Notes under the pieces: generated by a model | Databases searched by the model: none | What the model saw: the letters and a program-made list of their open reading frames with translations, nothing else | Told to the model about the DNA's origin: nothing | Made by a program: the position numbers and the translations under genes | In this document: one piece after another, positions 27,985 through 32,000 of the stretch | Position numbering within the stretch: the first letter of the stretch is position 1 | Layout of the letters: every line of letters starts with the position of its first letter | Assembly: GCF_001458695.1 (NCBI RefSeq) | Contig: NZ_LN885086.1 | Location: 1,830,001-1,862,000 of the forward strand | Direction: 5' to 3' | DNA length: 32,000 nucleotides | Source of the DNA: Candidatus Nitrospira inopinata | GTDB taxonomy: Bacteria > Nitrospirota > Nitrospiria > Nitrospirales > Nitrospiraceae

Positions 27985-28289
27985 GCGTTTAGGAGGACTG
28001 CTTAACATAAGTGAATCCTCCATGTTGGGTCATCATGTACGTAAGAAATACGTAATAAGCTTGTGACATGAAAAAATCTTGACCAACTGCTCGGATGCCA
28101 TTTTCTTGTGTGTCAAATCTTTTGGGCGGGTAAAAGTACGCAAATTACACAGGGATGCCACGCTATCGACTCACATAACACAATGTGTATACTCTCCCGC
28201 ATTTTGGCGATATCTCTGTAATGCTGAGGAGCCAGGCAAAGCGGTTCTGATGCTTAGTTACTACCGCTGATAGGGAGGTTTTGCTCGTC

Positions 28290-30833
28290 ATGCAGCACAC
28301 CACGGCTGAGATTGCGCGTCTTTTTTCCGCACAGGCCGGAGAGGTGCGGCAGTATTTCAAGCAACTGGCCATGCTGAATGAGAGTGGCCAGAGCGTTCAG
28401 GAGGGCAGGGCCTCTCTCCCGGCCCTTCTGCAGGGAATTCTTCGGACGGCAAAAGTGCTGACCGGTGCCCGCTATGCCGCGTTGGGTGTGTTTGATGAGA
28501 CCGGAGAGCGGCTGGTGCAATTCTTGACCGAAGGAATCGATGAAGAGACGAAGCGGGCGATTGGGAGATGGCCGACCGGTCGAGGGTTGTTGGGTGCGCT
28601 CATCACAGATGAGCGTCCGGTGCGGCTCAAAGATGTGAGCCAGCATAAAGAGTCGGTCGGTTTTCCGCTTCACCATCCTGTGATGCGATCGTTTCTTGGT
28701 ACGGCCATTCGCGCGCACGGGAAAGTGTTCGGGCGACTCTACTTGACCGACAAGGTACGTCCGGGACTCGATGAATCCATGACGGATGTGTCAGTCTCTC
28801 GCGCAGCCGAATTTACCGATCTCGATGAACAGTTGATCATAGCGCTGGCGTTTCAAGCGGGAATGGCGATTGAAACCGCGAGCTTGATCGAAGCAATCAA
28901 GGTTGCGCAACGAAGGGATCGGGCGGTACTTGATTCGGTTCAAGAGGGCATTGTGGGAATTGATTTGACCGGCGCATGCATATTCGCCAATCGAGCCTCT
29001 GTTGAGGCCCTCGGGTATACGCAGGACGAGCTTATCGGCAGGAACGTGCATGCGCTGATTCATCATACACGGGAGGACGGGACACCGTTTCCAGAAGCGG
29101 AGTGCCCGATTATGCAGGCCTTGTACAATCAACGAGAATGCCACCTGGAAAACGAAATCCTGTGGAGAAAGGACGGCACGTCGTTCCCCGTTATGTGCAC
29201 TGTGGCGACATTTCGGGATGAGTGCGAGCGGGTGGCTGGTGCAGTCGTGAGTTTTGTGGATTGCACGGAGCGCCGAGCGCTCGAAATCCAGAGACGACAG
29301 GGACAAAGGATGGAGCTGCTTGGCTACTTGGCGGCCGGAGTCGCCCATGATTTCAACAATCTGCTGACGATCATGCAAGGATATGGCGAGTTGGTTCTTC
29401 TTCAATCCGATGTGCCGGTGTCAGCTCGCGCAAAAATTCAGGAGATCAAAAAGGCGGTGGATCGCGCGATGGTCTTAACCGGGCAGTTGCTCGCGTTCGC
29501 CCGCAAACAACCGGTTGAACGGCGCGTGGTTGATGTCAACGATCTTGTGCGGGGAATCGAGCCGTTCTTTCGTCAATTGCTCACGGAGAATATTGTGTTG
29601 TGCCTTAATCTGACGGAGAAACGACTTCCGGCAAAGGTTGATGCGGGCGGGATCGAGCAGGCCCTGCTCAATTTGATTGTGAATGCGCGAGATGCCATGC
29701 CGACCGGCGGGAGACTGGAAATTCGTACTGCGATTCGTGATCAAGCGGGAGAGGAAGAGAAGCGAACACAGAAACGCATCGGTCAATCCATCGTCATCGA
29801 GGTCAACGACTCAGGAGTCGGCATGGATCAGGATACGCTGGACCACATTTTCGAGCCATTTTTCACCACAAAAGCGACGGGGAGAGGGACCGGTCTTGGA
29901 CTGGCGACGGTCTACCGCATCGTCATGGAAAACGATGGAAACATTCAAGTGGCGAGCAAGGTCGGGGTTGGCACCACCTTTACGCTGGTGTTTCCCTTGG
30001 CGGAACAGGAGGAGCAGGTACCCACGCCAGTCTTCCATGCGCCGGTTCAGGGCTGGGGGGAGACCGTGCTCCTTGTTGAGGATAATCCCGCGGTGCGGGA
30101 AGTCATAAAATTGACGTTGGAAAGCAAAGGTTACCAGGTGCTTACGGCCAGCGATGGCAGTGAAGGTATCCATGTTGCGCTGAGTTATAAGGAGGTAATT
30201 CACCTGCTCATAGCCGATGTCATGATGCCAAACATGGACGGATTGCTGATGGTACGGAGTTTACGATCTCGGATGCCTCATCTGAAGGTTCTCTTTATCA
30301 CCGGTGGAACCGCGACGGGAGCGGAAGACCGTAGCAAGGGGCTGGCGAGTTGTCGGCCGGAAGTATTGTCGAAGCCTTTTACGAATGAAGCGTTGTTGGC
30401 AGCCGTCAGACGGGCGCTGGACCAGCCAGTCGGACACTCATCCCGGGACAGAGGATCTCGTAAACCGAAGCGTGTTCTGGTCCTTGACGATGATGGGCAA
30501 GTCAATTCTTTGGTCCGGGAAATACTCAGGAGTGAACGGTATGAAGTGTTGACAGCGATGAGCGGAGTCGAGGGGCTTGAGTTGTTACGGCAACATTCCA
30601 TTGATTTGCTGATCACCGATATGCTTTTGCCGGGCATGGACGGCGTCGAGGTCATTCAGGAGGTGCGGCGTCTCCAGCCTGCGTTGAAAATTCTTGCTGT
30701 GTCCGGTGGTGGAATCGGTGCAACGCCGGAATTTCTTCTCAATCGGGCCGGGCAAGCGGGGGCTGTGAGCACACTAGCGAAGCCGTTTACGCGCGAGCAG
30801 TTGCTCGCGGTGGTGCGGCAGATGGTCGATTGA
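28290..30833 (+). CDS. Hybrid sensor histidine kinase (GAF-PAS-HisKA-HATPase with two receiver domains)
   Basis: A GAF-like N-terminus is followed by a PAS domain (AVLDSVQEGIVGIDL...). The H-box is AHDFNNLL, with N/G boxes (LNLIVNARDAM, DSGVGM, GTGLGL). Two REC domains follow (LLVEDNP...DVMMP; VLVLDDD...DMLLPGMDG). ATG 28290 is preferred over TTG 28281 because of GGGAGG spacing. Confidence 0.9.
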   Translation: MQHTTAEIARLFSAQAGEVRQYFKQLAMLNESGQSVQEGRASLPALLQGILRTAKVLTGARYAALGVFDETGERLVQFLTEGIDEETKRAIGRWPTGRGLLGALITDERPVRLKDVSQHKESVGFPLHHPVMRSFLGTAIRAHGKVFGRLYLTDKVRPGLDESMTDVSVSRAAEFTDLDEQLIIALAFQAGMAIETASLIEAIKVAQRRDRAVLDSVQEGIVGIDLTGACIFANRASVEALGYTQDELIGRNVHALIHHTREDGTPFPEAECPIMQALYNQRECHLENEILWRKDGTSFPVMCTVATFRDECERVAGAVVSFVDCTERRALEIQRRQGQRMELLGYLAAGVAHDFNNLLTIMQGYGELVLLQSDVPVSARAKIQEIKKAVDRAMVLTGQLLAFARKQPVERRVVDVNDLVRGIEPFFRQLLTENIVLCLNLTEKRLPAKVDAGGIEQALLNLIVNARDAMPTGGRLEIRTAIRDQAGEEEKRTQKRIGQSIVIEVNDSGVGMDQDTLDHIFEPFFTTKATGRGTGLGLATVYRIVMENDGNIQVASKVGVGTTFTLVFPLAEQEEQVPTPVFHAPVQGWGETVLLVEDNPAVREVIKLTLESKGYQVLTASDGSEGIHVALSYKEVIHLLIADVMMPNMDGLLMVRSLRSRMPHLKVLFITGGTATGAEDRSKGLASCRPEVLSKPFTNEALLAAVRRALDQPVGHSSRDRGSRKPKRVLVLDDDGQVNSLVREILRSERYEVLTAMSGVEGLELLRQHSIDLLITDMLLPGMDGVEVIQEVRRLQPALKILAVSGGGIGATPEFLLNRAGQAGAVSTLAKPFTREQLLAVVRQMVD

Positions 30834-31002
30834 ACACGTTCCCGCCGCGAAGGAGCGCACGCGTTCCCCCACGGCAAGCGGCCTTCTCTCGAAGGCGAAC
30901 CTGCCATATTCCAATTGTCATCAGGGGCATCGAGATCTGTTTCTCCCCTTCCGCGGACGTTACCCATCGCTTCACCGGCTTTATCAAAGAAGCAGCCTCC
31001 CG

Positions 31003-31995
31003 TCATTCGCTGGAAACCTTGCGAGCTGATCGGCGGAGTATCTCCTCGATCGAGCGAAAGCCGAGGCCCAGTTCCCGACAGACAAGCGCCTGTCGGTCGA
31101 ATCGGTTTTTGGTGCGGATCAAATTCGACAACGTGCGAAGGTCCACCCGCCCCCAAGCGGCCATATGAAACACGGAAAGCGGATAATCCGTGCCGAAGAG
31201 CAGACGATCGTGGAGTTCGGGGTGCCGTCGCAGAAGCAGGAGCATCTTGAGGCGATGGGGTTGTGTCAGGGAGGAAATGTCCGCATAGAAGTTGGGGTGC
31301 GTGGCGCAGAGCGTGCGAAACGTCGGGAAAAACCGCTCGTACACCATCAAACCGTAGCTACAGGCGTGGGCCGCGATGACGGTGACGCCTTCGTCTAATG
31401 CCGTGCGGAGTCGCTCCGGGTCGCCGAGCGATTGATCCCGGCTTGTCAAGCTGAGCTCATAGCCGACGTGACTGAGCAACGGCAGGTTCCGCTCCGCGAG
31501 CGCGCGGTAGAACGGCCGGTACCGCGGATCGGCAGGGTCGAAACCCTGGCTGTTGGGCAGGACCTTCACCAGGACCGCTCCGGCATCGGTGCAGCGATAA
31601 ACTTCTTCGACGGCGTCTCTCCGTTGCGGGTTGATCGACGGGCCGGCCAGGAAACAATCGGGATGGGCCCGCACGGTGTGGAAGACGTAGTCGTTGGCGA
31701 CGAGAAACTCCGTCTGAGACCGGTTCGGGCGTCCCGCTTCATCGTAGACTCCGTCCATCCCAAGCAAGACAGCTTGGCGCACGAGCTGCGAGGCCCGCAG
31801 CTCGTTGAGCAAGTCATTGAGGTATTTTAGATTGGCTTGCCCCGGGTCCTGCGGAGACAGGTCGTGCTTCCAGAGCAGAAAGCGAAACAACGGGCTCTTG
31901 AGCAGCCTCGGCGAAATGTAGCAGCCGTTGCTCCCGTCCGGCAGGGCGGCCAAATGCACGTGGCAATCGATCAGACGTTTGGCCGTGTCGGGCAT
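31003..31995 (-). CDS. Amidohydrolase-family metal-dependent hydrolase (TIM-barrel)
   Basis: 330 aa. The N-terminal IDCHVHL metal-binding motif, VIAAH and the late FGTDYP motif are typical of Amidohydro_2-type enzymes. Confidence 0.8.
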   Translation of the reverse strand: MPDTAKRLIDCHVHLAALPDGSNGCYISPRLLKSPLFRFLLWKHDLSPQDPGQANLKYLNDLLNELRASQLVRQAVLLGMDGVYDEAGRPNRSQTEFLVANDYVFHTVRAHPDCFLAGPSINPQRRDAVEEVYRCTDAGAVLVKVLPNSQGFDPADPRYRPFYRALAERNLPLLSHVGYELSLTSRDQSLGDPERLRTALDEGVTVIAAHACSYGLMVYERFFPTFRTLCATHPNFYADISSLTQPHRLKMLLLLRRHPELHDRLLFGTDYPLSVFHMAAWGRVDLRTLSNLIRTKNRFDRQALVCRELGLGFRSIEEILRRSARKVSSE

Positions 31996-32000
31996 CGGCG

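Noticed and set aside
27073-28023. 316-aa minus-strand ORF
   Set aside because: It is antisense to the well-supported lipoprotein gene (lipobox, coiled coil, HhH) and has low-complexity Leu/Arg/Pro-rich sequence.

Overview
High-GC bacterial chromosomal window; taxon not determinable without a search. Most of it is recognisable housekeeping genes: EamA transporter, acyltransferase-3, GNAT, PhoD-like phosphatase, FG-GAP and TolB-like secreted beta-propellers, truncated haemoglobin, GcvT-like protein, TPR protein, TPP-riboswitch-controlled thiC-thi4, nadA, ileS-lspA, uppP, a GAF-PAS hybrid histidine kinase and an amidohydrolase. The exception is about 9.5-15.5 kb, which I read as an integron-type gene cassette array on the minus strand with no integrase visible in the window (CALIN-like). 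It has three canonical attC sites (10377-10436, 12933-12996, 13987-14056). All have RYYYAAC/GTTRRRY ends, imperfect inner arms with the extra unpaired bases on the same side, and a cassette stop codon 9-10 nt upstream. One attC has a central core almost identical to the class-1 aadA1 attC as I recall it. The attCs delimit two intact two-gene cassettes with no domain I can recognise. Cassette B is 2556 bp (212 aa plus a 567-591 aa protein with a C-terminal Rx5H, HEPN-like motif). Cassette A is 1054 bp (221 aa coiled-coil protein plus a 98 aa protein, GTGA-overlapped). These are the best candidates for an undescribed conflict or defence system. The flanks of the array hold decayed cargo: a frameshifted RelE/ParE-like toxin with an intact antitoxin, a frameshifted DHFR-like gene, and a DUF4258/DUF2283/DUF5615 toxin-antitoxin mosaic. 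All family calls come from reading motifs by eye; no searches were run.
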